A stretch of 64,000 nucleotides of DNA, from NCBI GenBank assembly GCA_945486915.1, contig CALYTP010000001.1, positions 1,965 through 65,964 of the forward strand. Direction: 5' to 3'. This stretch comes from an uncultured Clostridia bacterium. GTDB lineage: Bacteria; Bacillota; Clostridia; Oscillospirales; Oscillospiraceae. Positions 41,184 through 51,569 of this stretch are shown piece after piece (position 1 is the stretch's first letter; each line of letters begins with the position of its first letter). The notes under the pieces were generated by a model. It searched no databases, was not told the origin of the DNA, and was given only the letters and a program-made list of their open reading frames with translations. The translations under genes and the position numbers were made by a program.

Positions 41184-42599
41184 ATGAAGTTTATAGGTCG
41201 AAAAGCGGAACTGGAAAAGCTGAACACAGAATATGAGCGCGATGGCGGTTTCGTGGTCATCTATGGCCGCCGCAGAGTTGGCAAAACAACGCTGATCAAA
41301 GAGTTTCTGAAAAAGAAGACAGCCTTCTACTTCCTCGCAACGGAAGAACTTGAATCTCAGAGTATGAAGCGTCTGGCTGGCGTCGTTGCCCGTACAACGA
41401 AAAACTCATATCTGCAGAAAGCGGCATTTACGGATTGGCTGGATCTGTTCCAAGTGATTGCTGATTATAAACCGGAAGAAAAGAAAGTGCTGGTTATTGA
41501 CGAGTTTCCGTACCTGGTAAAGACCAATCCGGCTTTCCCATCTATCTTACAGAACGCTTGGGATGAAATTCTGAAAGGCAGCAATGTGATGCTGATCTTG
41601 TCGGGTTCCCTGATCGGTATGATGCAGAAGCATGCTCTTTCCTATGACAGTCCTCTGTATGGCCGCAGAACCGCACAGATACGTCTGGCTCCGCTGCCGT
41701 TTACGGATATATATGCCGTTCAGAAATTGCCGTTTGAACAGGCAGTGGAACAGTATGCTGTGACGGGTGGTGTTCCCAAGTATCTGGAGTTTTTTGAGGA
41801 TGACCGGGGACTTGAAGAACAGCTCAAAGATGCCGTTTTATCCAAAAGTGGTTTTTTGTACGAGGAACCAAACTTTCTGCTGAAAAGTGAATCTGTGACA
41901 GCAGTGAACTATTTCTCCATCATCAAGGCCATTGCAGACGGAAACCACAAGCTGGGCAAGATTGCCGGTGTGCTGGGACAGGAAACTTCCGCTTTGACGC
42001 CATATCTGTCTACACTTGCGGATTTGGGCTTCATCGAAAAGAAAACGCCGGTAACAGAAAAGAACCCGGAAAAATCCCGTAAGGGACTGTATTTCATCTC
42101 GGATAATTTCATTCGGTTCTGGTTCCGCTATGTTTATCCCTATAAGGGTGAACTGGAACTGGACAATATGCAGATCGTATTGGATGAAATCAGAAAAGAC
42201 TTTGTAGAGAAATTCGCAGCGTTTGCTTATGAGGACATTTGCAAAAATATATTTGCCGATATGTGTAAGAATGGGGCGATTTCTTTTGTGCCATCCCGTA
42301 TTGGCTCTTACTGGTTGAACGATTTCGATGGGGATACGGAAATCGATGTAATGGCCGTAGACCATCAGAATAAGCGGATATTTGCAGGAGAATGTAAATA
42401 TCAGACAAAACCTGTGGATGCGCCTGTCTATTTTACCCTGAAGGAGAAGGTTGATGGCGCTGCTGAAATTCGCAAGGCATTTCCGGGGTATGATGTTATC
42501 TTCGGCGTGTTCAGCAAAAGCGGCTTTACCCAGCGTATGCTTGATATTGCAAAAGAAAATACAAGGCTGCTCCTGATCAATGAGGGTCATTTGGTGTAA
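41184..42599 (+). CDS. Archaeal-type ATPase with wHTH/DUF234 and C-terminal PD-(D/E)XK nuclease-like domain
   Basis: FIGRKAEL, YGRRRVGKT, VIDEFPYL, PLYGRRT, TGGVPKYL, DNFIRFWF, EIDV...GECKY. Confidence 0.88.
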   Translation: MKFIGRKAELEKLNTEYERDGGFVVIYGRRRVGKTTLIKEFLKKKTAFYFLATEELESQSMKRLAGVVARTTKNSYLQKAAFTDWLDLFQVIADYKPEEKKVLVIDEFPYLVKTNPAFPSILQNAWDEILKGSNVMLILSGSLIGMMQKHALSYDSPLYGRRTAQIRLAPLPFTDIYAVQKLPFEQAVEQYAVTGGVPKYLEFFEDDRGLEEQLKDAVLSKSGFLYEEPNFLLKSESVTAVNYFSIIKAIADGNHKLGKIAGVLGQETSALTPYLSTLADLGFIEKKTPVTEKNPEKSRKGLYFISDNFIRFWFRYVYPYKGELELDNMQIVLDEIRKDFVEKFAAFAYEDICKNIFADMCKNGAISFVPSRIGSYWLNDFDGDTEIDVMAVDHQNKRIFAGECKYQTKPVDAPVYFTLKEKVDGAAEIRKAFPGYDVIFGVFSKSGFTQRMLDIAKENTRLLLINEGHLV

Positions 42600-42649
42600 T
42601 CCCTATTTCTGAAATAATCGCACATTTGCATATGCTTTTGGCCTTTGCG

Positions 42650-43160
42650 AAAACTTCAGGGCGCACGTTCTGAACTTCGCCGAAATTTTCGGCGAAGTTC
42701 AGAAGTGATGATTCGGTCGGCGATGGGGCAGGGGTTAGCGGAGATACCGTCCGCAACTACATTGCTCTGAACAATCTGATTCCCGAGCTTATGGAAATGG
42801 TGGACGAAAAGAAAATCGCCCTCAGTCCTGCTTATCAGATTGCCGCCTTACCGAAAGAAAGTCAGGAACAGCTATTCGACACCATCGAAAGCGAACAGGC
42901 CACCCCATCTCTATCCCAGGCGCAGCGCCTTCGCAAACTCAGCCAGGCCGGAGAATTGAACGAGGACACCATGCTCTCCATTATGATGGAGCAGAAGAAG
43001 CCGGAGAGGAACGACATCACCCTGTCCGGGGACAAGCTGAAAAAGTATTTTCCTCGCTCCTATTCCCCCAAGCGAATCGAAGAAACCATCTTCAAGCTTC
43101 TGGATGCCTGGCTGAGAAAGCGACAGCGTGAAAATAGCCGCTAATACCCCTTGAACCCGA
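42650..43160 (+). pseudogene. Second, 5'-truncated parB copy (direct repeat copy 2)
   Basis: Lacks the N-terminal ParB domain; 4-bp deletion relative to copy 1 near 42672; residual ORF 42791-43144. Confidence 0.88.
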
Positions 43161-43185
43161 CAAGGTTTCTTGCCGGGGATTTTTT

Positions 43186-43821
43186 ATGTCCAAAGGAGCA
43201 TCAGTTTACCAATTGTACATCCGTAAATTCACCTACTCCGCAGAAGATGTGGACTGTAAGCTCTGTACCGAGTATGCCAGGAAAACCGGCTGCCGGCATG
43301 AGGTCTGCCCCTTTCTGGCAGAGCGAATCGAAGCCGGGGTGGTTTCCTATCAGAGTGCCATTAAAGCCATGATTCCCCGCAGGAGCATTCTTTGGAACCG
43401 CTTATCCGCTCTGCTTCAGAACTATCCCGGCTATCTTTGGGCGGACAGCCATCACAAGCCCCGGATGGAGCTGTTCAACCACCAGCTGGGATACAACAAA
43501 TCCAGAAACACCCCCAGCTACTACGCCGCCATGTTCCTGCTGACTTCTAACCAAGCCCTTTTCAATCGCACCGGCAATTGCTTCTACCGCAGCGGGATTG
43601 AGTTTGGTTATGCCACGCTGGGCGGCATGTCCGCGCATAACCAGACTCTGTACGCTGCTGCCAAGGGGCTGCGAAATGCCCGGGGGATCACCGAAGCGGA
43701 ACTGGCAGACCCCAACCAAATCGATGATGAAGCATTCCGGCTCATCATCAACGCCATGCTCATTGCCAAATATGGCACTGAAGTATTCAAGCTGAAAGGA
43801 GAAACCACTCATGAGCCATGA
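43186..43821 (+). CDS. Hypothetical ICE protein with N-terminal Cys cluster
   Basis: DCKLC...C...CPF; co-oriented and overlapping the next gene. Confidence 0.65.
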   Translation: MSKGASVYQLYIRKFTYSAEDVDCKLCTEYARKTGCRHEVCPFLAERIEAGVVSYQSAIKAMIPRRSILWNRLSALLQNYPGYLWADSHHKPRMELFNHQLGYNKSRNTPSYYAAMFLLTSNQALFNRTGNCFYRSGIEFGYATLGGMSAHNQTLYAAAKGLRNARGITEAELADPNQIDDEAFRLIINAMLIAKYGTEVFKLKGETTHEP

Positions 43822-44083
43822 CTACGCCGTGACCGACGGCCACGCCCTGCTTTCCCTCCACCGGTATCTGGAGGATGTTCGTCACATGGTCATTTTCGAT
43901 GACCTGGTTGAGTACGGACACCACCGGGTTCGGCTCTATCTGCCCGATGCCGCGTTCCTGCTGCTGAAACAGGCGGAGAGCAAGGGCATCGTGAAGATCG
44001 TCCACCACGAGGAAATCATCAACGGCCTTTACACCCCGGAGACCAACCGGCAGAAAAAGGGCCATAAGCGCAAGCCCAGATAA
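43811..44083 (+). CDS. Hypothetical protein
   Basis: AAAGGAG RBS; operon-like spacing. Confidence 0.6.
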   Translation: MSHDYAVTDGHALLSLHRYLEDVRHMVIFDDLVEYGHHRVRLYLPDAAFLLLKQAESKGIVKIVHHEEIINGLYTPETNRQKKGHKRKPR

Positions 44084-44107
44084 ATCAATTTTTTAGGAGG
44101 AAACCAC

Positions 44108-44632
44108 ATGAACAAGATCGAAAAATTACGGGAGAGCCTCACCACTCTCTTCCAGAGCGAGGGAGAGAAATTCTGCTGCACCCCCAATGAAGTCAGACGG
44201 CTGCTGATCACCCTGGACTATAGCAGGCTCTATCATGCCCTGTGTGATGAAGCGGAAACCGTTTTCGCCTATTGCTCCGCCGGGGCTGCCTGCTCGGTTC
44301 ACCAATACCGGGCATCCAAACTTTTCTACGGCACGGCCACCCTGCTTTGGAGCGACGAGAAAGAACCGATTGAGGACAATGAGGTATCCACTTCCTACTT
44401 CCATGAGCTGTGGCTGCTGGACGATATGACCATTGCGGCCACCTCCTGTTTCCGCATGGTGGATGCGGCCATTGGCTATGTGACAGAATACCGGGAATAC
44501 AAGGGGGAAGAATGGCCCGCGCACATTGCCCCGGTGAACATCCTGGAGCTGTGGCAGCACCTGGTTGACAAGTACCACTCCGATGATGATGCAGACGGCG
44601 ACGATGCCCCGATCATCATCTATGAGCCCTGA
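44108..44632 (+). CDS. Hypothetical protein
   Basis: AGGAGG RBS; acidic 174-aa ORF. Confidence 0.65.
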   Translation: MNKIEKLRESLTTLFQSEGEKFCCTPNEVRRLLITLDYSRLYHALCDEAETVFAYCSAGAACSVHQYRASKLFYGTATLLWSDEKEPIEDNEVSTSYFHELWLLDDMTIAATSCFRMVDAAIGYVTEYREYKGEEWPAHIAPVNILELWQHLVDKYHSDDDADGDDAPIIIYEP

Positions 44633-44696
44633 GTGATCCCAAAATCTCAATAGGAATGGAGCGCTGAACGCTTAGAACAAGCTGGAGGATAACACT

Positions 44697-45596
44697 ATGG
44701 CAGTATTTCGTATCGACAAAACCAAAAACTACACCGTGATGGCAAATTACCATCTGCGGGATACATCCCTTTCCCTCAAAGCCAAGGGGCTGCTTTCTCT
44801 GATGCTTTCTCTCCCAGAGGGATGGGACTACACCACCAAGGGCCTGGCCTGTATCTGCAAGGACGGGGTGGACAGCATCTGCTCCACCGTCAAAGAATTG
44901 GAAAACGCCGGATATGTCCAGCGCAGACGGCTTCGCAACGAGCTGGGGCATCTGACTGAGGTGGAGTACACAATCCTGGAAAAGCCGGTTCGTCCAGATT
45001 CCACCGAGAATCCTCCCAAAACAGGAAAAGCACCTAAACGGGAAAATCCAGTCTTGGAGAAACCAGTTTTGGGCAACCCTGTCTTGGACATTCCTGAACA
45101 GGCTTTCCCTGAACAGGGCGAACCTGAACAGGAAAATCCTGCCCAATTAAATATACAAGAATCAATTACAGAAAAATCAAAAAAAGATCGATCAAATACA
45201 GATTCATTCCTTCCTTCTGCGGAAGCGATTCCGCTGACAGACGGAAAGAAGGAAAGAGAAAAGATCAGAGCGCAGATTGATTATGATATTATGCGGGAGC
45301 GGTATGGCCGGGAGCAGATTGACGAGCTGGTGGAGATCATGCTGGAGGTTTCCATGAACCGCAGTCCCACCATCCACATTGGCAGGGAGGCAGAATACGC
45401 AACCGCCTATGTTCAGGATCGGTTCTCCAAAATCAACGCCATGCACATCGAGCGGGTATGCGACGGCATCCAGGATAACCGCACCCAGGTACGAAATACC
45501 AAGGCCTATCTTCTGGCGGCGCTGTTCAACGCCGTTTCCACGCTGGACAGTTATTACACCATGCAGGCAAATTACGATTTCGGCAGCTCGTTTTGA
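44697..45596 (+). CDS. Phage-type HTH replication initiator (DUF6017-like C-terminus)
   Basis: NYTVMANYHLRD, LSLKAKGLLS, ELENAGY, RNTKAYLLAALFNA; internal 15-bp periodic repeats. Confidence 0.8.
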   Translation: MAVFRIDKTKNYTVMANYHLRDTSLSLKAKGLLSLMLSLPEGWDYTTKGLACICKDGVDSICSTVKELENAGYVQRRRLRNELGHLTEVEYTILEKPVRPDSTENPPKTGKAPKRENPVLEKPVLGNPVLDIPEQAFPEQGEPEQENPAQLNIQESITEKSKKDRSNTDSFLPSAEAIPLTDGKKEREKIRAQIDYDIMRERYGREQIDELVEIMLEVSMNRSPTIHIGREAEYATAYVQDRFSKINAMHIERVCDGIQDNRTQVRNTKAYLLAALFNAVSTLDSYYTMQANYDFGSSF

Positions 45597-45727
45597 GCTG
45601 CTTTTTTCATGCCCGGACACCGGGAGAAAGGAATATCGTGACAGATTTCAAGATTATCCATCGGCTGGAAGTCCCGCCCTAGTAAATTTCCATTCCCTGC
45701 AAATCCACAGAAAGGAGATGATGCCCT

Positions 45728-46189
45728 ATGCAGGAAGAAGTGGAACAGAGAGTTGTTACCCTCGTCATCAACTGCACCAAGCTGACAGAGCAGGAGCTGC
45801 GGAAGGCGCTGGGCAAATTCCTTGCCCATATCAAAACCAAGCGCCAAAATAAGCAGCCCCACGGGAAAATGACCGTCAAAAAGCTCGCCGCCCAGAATCG
45901 GGGCCTGCAGAGCGTGGAGGTCACAGACCAGAATATCGGCTCCTTCAACCGGATTGCCCGGAAGTACGGCATTGATTTTGCCCCCTTCAAGGCAAAGGGA
46001 CAGGATCGGTATCTGATTTTCTTCAAAGGTCAGGATGCCGATGCCATGACCGCCGCTTTCAAGGAGTACACAGAGCAGATCGTGAATAAGAAATCCCGCC
46101 CCTCTGTCCTTGCCAAGCTGGAACGGTTCAAGGCGCTGATCCAGTCCGCCGTGGTGGATCGGACGAAGAAAAAGGAGCTGGAACGATGA
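45728..46189 (+). CDS. PcfB (DUF3801) family protein
   Basis: MQEEVEQR, HGKMTVKKL, ARKYGIDFA, FFKGQDADA; directly precedes virD4. Confidence 0.85.
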   Translation: MQEEVEQRVVTLVINCTKLTEQELRKALGKFLAHIKTKRQNKQPHGKMTVKKLAAQNRGLQSVEVTDQNIGSFNRIARKYGIDFAPFKAKGQDRYLIFFKGQDADAMTAAFKEYTEQIVNKKSRPSVLAKLERFKALIQSAVVDRTKKKELER

Positions 46190-47961
46190 AGCAGGTAAAC
46201 TGGAAGAAAATCCTGCTGCCGAACCTGCCCTATGTTTTCATCGCCCTGTTCTGCACAAATCTGGGGCAGGCGGCACGGCTGGCTCCCGGTGCCGATTTCG
46301 CCGGGAAGTTCCTGCATTTCATGGAGGGGCTGTCCACCGCCTTTACGGTTCCGCTGCCCAGCTTCCACCCGGTAGATCTCTGCGTTGGTATTGCCATCGC
46401 CGCATCCATGCGGCTGGGTGTCTATGTAAAGGGAAAAAATGCCAAGAAGTTCCGCAAGAACATGGAATACGGCTCCGCCCGGTGGGGCACAGCGGAGGAC
46501 ATCCGGCCTTATGTTGCCCCGGTGTTTGAAAATAACATCATCCTCACCCAGACGGAGAGCCTGACCATGAACAATCGTCCTGCCGATCCCAAAACGGCAC
46601 GGAACAAGAATGTGCTGATCATCGGCGGCTCCGGTTCCGGCAAGACCCGGTTCTGGTTGAAACCCAATCTGATGCAGTGTACTTCCAAAAAGTACCCTGT
46701 CAGTTTCGTTGTCACCGATCCCAAAGGCGGTATTGTCAACGAGTGCGGAAAAATGCTTCTGCATTTCGGCTACCGTCTGAAAATTCTGAACACCATCAAC
46801 TTCAAAAAGTCCATGCACTATAACCCCTTCGCTTACATCCACAGCGAAAAGGACATTTTGAAAGTGGTGACAGCGCTGATCGCCAACACCAAGGGTGAAG
46901 GCAAAGCCGGGGACGATTTCTGGGTCAAGGCGGAAACCCTGCTGTACACGGCGCTCATCGGCTACATCCACTATGAGGCCCCGGTAGAGGAGCAGAATTT
47001 CTCCACCCTCATTGAGTTCATCAATGCCATGGAGGTTCGGGAGGATGACGAGGAATTTCAGAATCCGGTTGACATGATGTTCGCGGAGCTGGAAAAGGAA
47101 AAACCCCAGCACTTTGCCGTCCGGCAGTATAAGAAATACAAATTAGCTGCCGGCAAAACAGCAAAGTCGATCTTAATTTCCTGCGGCGCACGGCTTGCTC
47201 CCTTTGATATTCAGGAGCTGCGTGACCTGACCGCCTATGACGAGCTGGAGCTGGACACCCTGGGAGATCGCAAGACGGCCCTGTTCATCATCATGTCGGA
47301 CACCGACGATACCTTCAATTTCCTCATTTCCCTGTGCTACACTCAGCTTTTCAACCTCCTCTGCGAGAAGGCCGACGATGTTTACGGCGGCAGGCTTCCT
47401 GTTCATGTCCGGTGTCTGATTGACGAGGCAGCGAACATCGGGCAGATCCCAAGGCTTGAAAAGCTGGTGGCAACCATCCGCTCCCGTGAGATTTCCTGCT
47501 GTCTGGTGCTGCAAGCCCAGTCCCAGCTCAAAGCAATCTACAAGGACAATGCCGACACCATCATTGGCAATATGGACACCTCCATCTTCCTGGGCGGCAA
47601 GGAGCCGACCACCCTGAAGGAGCTGTCCGCCGCACTGGGGAAAGAAACGATTGATACGTTCAACACGGGAGAGAGCCGTGGGCGGGAGGTTTCCCATTCC
47701 CTCAACTATCAGAAACTGGGCAAGGAGCTTATGAGCCAGGACGAGCTGGCTGTCATGGACGGCGGCAAGTGTGTCCTTCAGCTCCGAGGGGTTCGCCCGT
47801 TTCTGTCCAATAAATTCGATATCACCAAGCACCCCAACTACAAGTATACATCCGACTTTGACAAGCGAAACGAATTGGACATAGAGCGTTTCCTGTCCCA
47901 CCGGCTCAAGCTGAAACCGGACCAGGCTTGTGCCGTGTACGATTTTTCCCAGTCCGATTGA
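46186..47961 (+). CDS. virD4: VirD4/TraG type IV coupling protein
   Basis: EYGSARW, GGSGSGKT, TDPKG, LIDEAANIG, TIRSR. Confidence 0.93.
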   Translation: MKQVNWKKILLPNLPYVFIALFCTNLGQAARLAPGADFAGKFLHFMEGLSTAFTVPLPSFHPVDLCVGIAIAASMRLGVYVKGKNAKKFRKNMEYGSARWGTAEDIRPYVAPVFENNIILTQTESLTMNNRPADPKTARNKNVLIIGGSGSGKTRFWLKPNLMQCTSKKYPVSFVVTDPKGGIVNECGKMLLHFGYRLKILNTINFKKSMHYNPFAYIHSEKDILKVVTALIANTKGEGKAGDDFWVKAETLLYTALIGYIHYEAPVEEQNFSTLIEFINAMEVREDDEEFQNPVDMMFAELEKEKPQHFAVRQYKKYKLAAGKTAKSILISCGARLAPFDIQELRDLTAYDELELDTLGDRKTALFIIMSDTDDTFNFLISLCYTQLFNLLCEKADDVYGGRLPVHVRCLIDEAANIGQIPRLEKLVATIRSREISCCLVLQAQSQLKAIYKDNADTIIGNMDTSIFLGGKEPTTLKELSAALGKETIDTFNTGESRGREVSHSLNYQKLGKELMSQDELAVMDGGKCVLQLRGVRPFLSNKFDITKHPNYKYTSDFDKRNELDIERFLSHRLKLKPDQACAVYDFSQSD

Positions 47962-48029
47962 CATACAAAGATTCAGAGAAGCCAGGGAAAGCCCTTCATG
48001 GAAACAAATTTTTTTATGGAGGATTTTTA

Positions 48030-48254
48030 ATGGCATTTTTTAATTCCGCAATTGGTGTTCTGCAGACCCTCGTCATTGCTCTGGGTGCCGGTCTTGGCAT
48101 CTGGGGTGCGATCAACCTTCTGGAAGGCTACGGCAACGACAACCCCGGTGCCAAGAGCCAGGGCATGAAGCAGCTCATGGCGGGCGGCGGCGTGGCTCTC
48201 ATCGGTGTCACCCTGGTGCCGCTGCTGTCCGGCCTGTTCACGGTGGGAGGCTGA
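48030..48254 (+). CDS. Maff2 family (VirB2-like) membrane protein
   Basis: ALGAGLGIWGAINLLEGYGNDNPGAKSQGMKQLMAGGG. Confidence 0.9.
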   Translation: MAFFNSAIGVLQTLVIALGAGLGIWGAINLLEGYGNDNPGAKSQGMKQLMAGGGVALIGVTLVPLLSGLFTVGG

Positions 48255-48261
48255 TATTCGG

Positions 48262-51200
48262 ATGAAACGCTGCATTTGCCTTCTGCTGGCGGTCATGCTC
48301 CTGCTTGGTGTTTTTCCTGCGGCATTTGCTGCGGAACTCACCGACGCGACGGAATCCCCGGCAGAGGATACGCTTCTCCCCGCAGATGATCTTCCTGGAG
48401 ATGCTGCGGAACCGGTTGCTGAATTAGTCAACCCGCCTGATGCTCCCACGGAGGAAACAGGCGGCACGGATTTGACTGTGGAAACACCCATAGAAGAATC
48501 CACCCCTTCGGAGGAAGTGTCCGCTCCCTCCGAAGAAACCACTGTCCCCACTGAGGAAACTACCGTTCCCGCAGAGGAACAGGAACCTGGTGAGGACGAT
48601 GAAACGCTCAATATGGATGAAGAACTGCTGGAAATGGACGGCATCTCCCTTTTCGCCATGGACAGCACCCAGAGCGGCATCCTGCTGTTCAACTACACGG
48701 ACAACGGCGACTACACCACCCGGCTGAATTACCAGGTGTCCTGCACCTATCAGCTCAACGGCAATGGTGCGGTAAAGACTGCCTACATCAAGAATATGGG
48801 CTGGCATTTTGCCCGGTACGGCGGCACTCCGTATCCTGACAATCCGCTGTACTGCCTGGAACCCTACCGGGATTTCGCCGCCAGTACCTCTGGCAATACC
48901 GTTGACCGGGGCGTCACCATGGAGGGCAGCGGAACCACCGCGGGCAGCAATGTCTGGTATGCGCTCCCCGCTGCTCGTCGGCAAGCCATTGGTCAGATTC
49001 TGCTGTACAGTAACCAGATGTGGAACAAGTCCATCAGTGTTTCCACCACCGCCTACGCCAACAATCCCAATGTGCCCCTGCGGATTGCCACCCAGATGCT
49101 CATTTATGAGATTGTGTGCGGTCTGCGGGACCCCAGCAGCTTTGTCCGCAATGCCACAAATGAGTGCGGCACCGCCGGGGATGTTTTCTACAACGCAGGT
49201 GCCGCCAGCGTGTCCGGCTTCACTTCTGCTTACAGCAGCCTGGAAACCAGCATCCGCTCTGCAAATCTGCTCCCCAGCTTCACCAGCATGTACAGCGGCA
49301 GCGCTCCGGTGATTACCCTGACCGGAAAGGATACCAGTGTCCTGGACACCAACGGCGTTCTGTCTGGGTTCTCTTTCACCAACGGGAACGGTGCTTCCTT
49401 TGGAAAGAGCGGGAACACCCTGTACATCACCCAGACCGGGGACATTTCCGAATCCAGCGTATTCCAAGCCACAAGAAACATCCCCTCCGCCGCTGGTTCC
49501 ACCTATGACATCTGGTATATGGCGGGCTCCGGCTACCAGACCACCATTTCTCTGGCCAAGGCTTCCAGCGGCAATCTGACCGGCTACTTCCGTCTGAAAG
49601 GCGTTCCCCAGACCGGCAGCATCAGCCTGACCAAAACCACCGAGGACGGGCAGAACCTTTCCGGCTGGCAGTTTGGGATTTACGCCGACAGCGGCTGCAC
49701 CAGTCTGGTATCCGGCCCGTATACCACGGATGCCAGCGGCAGGATCTCTGTAACCAATCTGAACGTGGGAACCTACTATGTCAAGGAGCTGAACCACAGG
49801 GATGCGGCGATCAATGCCATATACGCCTGCGCCAGCAATAACCCCCAGGCAGTAACGGTCACGGCGGGAGGTACGGCATCGGTCAGCTTCCAGAATAAAT
49901 TGACCAGCGGCAGCGTGAAGCTCATCAAGCGCACCAATACCGGCCTTGACCTGGGCGGCTGGAGCATCGGGCTGTACACGGATGCAAACTGCACCGCTCC
50001 CGTTTCCGGCTCTCCTTTCACCACCGGGGAGGACGGCACCGTGGTGGTTGATGGTCTGACCCCCGGCACCTATTACGCCCGGGAGAATCCCACGGAGAAT
50101 TCCTATTGGGACATCGATGCCGAGGTGAAGTCCGTCACTGTGACAGCGGGTCAGACAGCAGAGCTCACCTTCGTCAACACCTGCTATGGCCGCATTGAGT
50201 TCCGCAAAACCACCAACACCGGAAATCACCTGGGCGGCTGGACTTTCGTTGTCCGGGATGCCAATGGCGAAACCGTTGGCACCTACACCACGGATGACAA
50301 TGGCTATGCCTGCACGGAAAACCTGCCTCTGGGTCGGTATACGGTGTCGGAGCAGGCTGCCCAGGATGATTACTGGTTGGCGGAACTGGGCTTTCACGAT
50401 GTCACCGTCACCGCCGGAAAAGCAACCGTGGATGAATGGCACAACAAGGAACAGGGACTGGCCTGGTTTGTGAAAAAGACCAACACCGGCGCAGATACCG
50501 AGGGTTGGTGCATCACGATTTATTCGGATGAAGCCTGCACCCAGGCGGCAAGGGAAATCGTCACCAACCAGGAGGGCAAGGCGGGCTATTACCTGGACCC
50601 CGGCACCTATTGGGCCAAGGAGACCGGAAACCAGAACGGTCTCTTTGAAAACGAGTATTGGGTCGTTGACACCACCGTCCAGAAATTCGAGGTCAAGCCC
50701 CATGAGAATACGGAGATCGTGTTCTCCAACAATCACTGCGGCAAGCTGGAAATTGTCAAGACCATGGAAGGCTCCGGCAGCGTTGAGGGCTGGCAGTTCA
50801 AAATCACCGGCCCGGATGGTGCTGAAATCGAGGGTTCGCCCTTTGTGACGGACAGAGACGGCATTATCCAGACCGGCAATCTGCTCCCTGGCGACTATAC
50901 GGTGGAAGAGCTGATCCCGGAGGACAGCATTTACTCCTGCAAAACTGAAAACCCCATCACTGTGACGGTGAAAGCGGGAGAAACGGCTCATATTCGCTTT
51001 ACCAATTGCATCCGTCCTGCCCGCATCTGGATTGAAAAAGTGGACAACACCGGCAAGCATCTGGCGGGAGCGGTATTCCGGCTGGAATGGTCCGCTGACA
51101 ACGGTCAGACCTGGGCCAACATTTTCTACTCCGATAAGCAGGAACCGGTGCAGGGCGGCTGTTCCAACGTCGAGCTGGCGGATGGCTGCCTGACCTCCAA

Positions 51201-51483
51201 TGGCAAGGGAGAACTGGCATGGAACAATCTGTACCCCAGCCTTCGCTACCGGGTCACGGAAACCCAGGCACCGGAGGGCTACACCCGGCTGAAAGGTACC
51301 GCCTTCGACGATACCGTTACCACGAAAGACCTGGACGTGACCATTCGGGTGGTGAACAACCGGGGCTTCCTGCTGCCGAAAACCGGGTCCGCATCCCTGA
51401 GAGTTGTTTCCCTTGTGGGAGCAATCGCCCTGGTAGGCAGTCTGGTGGTAATCTTGTCGAATACCCGTAGAAAGAAGCACTGA
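48262..51483 (+). CDS. LPXTG-anchored pilus tip adhesin with thioester domain and SpaA/CnaB repeats
   Basis: Signal peptide; acidic linker; YCLEP and ATQMLIY; repeated K...GW.F...G.Y.V.E...N modules; LPKTG, hydrophobic segment and basic tail. Confidence 0.85.
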   Translation: MKRCICLLLAVMLLLGVFPAAFAAELTDATESPAEDTLLPADDLPGDAAEPVAELVNPPDAPTEETGGTDLTVETPIEESTPSEEVSAPSEETTVPTEETTVPAEEQEPGEDDETLNMDEELLEMDGISLFAMDSTQSGILLFNYTDNGDYTTRLNYQVSCTYQLNGNGAVKTAYIKNMGWHFARYGGTPYPDNPLYCLEPYRDFAASTSGNTVDRGVTMEGSGTTAGSNVWYALPAARRQAIGQILLYSNQMWNKSISVSTTAYANNPNVPLRIATQMLIYEIVCGLRDPSSFVRNATNECGTAGDVFYNAGAASVSGFTSAYSSLETSIRSANLLPSFTSMYSGSAPVITLTGKDTSVLDTNGVLSGFSFTNGNGASFGKSGNTLYITQTGDISESSVFQATRNIPSAAGSTYDIWYMAGSGYQTTISLAKASSGNLTGYFRLKGVPQTGSISLTKTTEDGQNLSGWQFGIYADSGCTSLVSGPYTTDASGRISVTNLNVGTYYVKELNHRDAAINAIYACASNNPQAVTVTAGGTASVSFQNKLTSGSVKLIKRTNTGLDLGGWSIGLYTDANCTAPVSGSPFTTGEDGTVVVDGLTPGTYYARENPTENSYWDIDAEVKSVTVTAGQTAELTFVNTCYGRIEFRKTTNTGNHLGGWTFVVRDANGETVGTYTTDDNGYACTENLPLGRYTVSEQAAQDDYWLAELGFHDVTVTAGKATVDEWHNKEQGLAWFVKKTNTGADTEGWCITIYSDEACTQAAREIVTNQEGKAGYYLDPGTYWAKETGNQNGLFENEYWVVDTTVQKFEVKPHENTEIVFSNNHCGKLEIVKTMEGSGSVEGWQFKITGPDGAEIEGSPFVTDRDGIIQTGNLLPGDYTVEELIPEDSIYSCKTENPITVTVKAGETAHIRFTNCIRPARIWIEKVDNTGKHLAGAVFRLEWSADNGQTWANIFYSDKQEPVQGGCSNVELADGCLTSNGKGELAWNNLYPSLRYRVTETQAPEGYTRLKGTAFDDTVTTKDLDVTIRVVNNRGFLLPKTGSASLRVVSLVGAIALVGSLVVILSNTRRKKH

Positions 51484-51569
51484 TGTGATGCAGAGCATCC
51501 AAAAGAAGCACCAATAACAGGAAAGCAGCCGGAAGCGCATTACTTCCGGCTGCCACTCTGCCAAGGCTG

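Noticed and set aside
40552-43160. Possible DGR template/variable repeat pair
   Set aside because: Mismatches are mostly synonymous and not adenine-specific, and there is no reverse transcriptase in the window.
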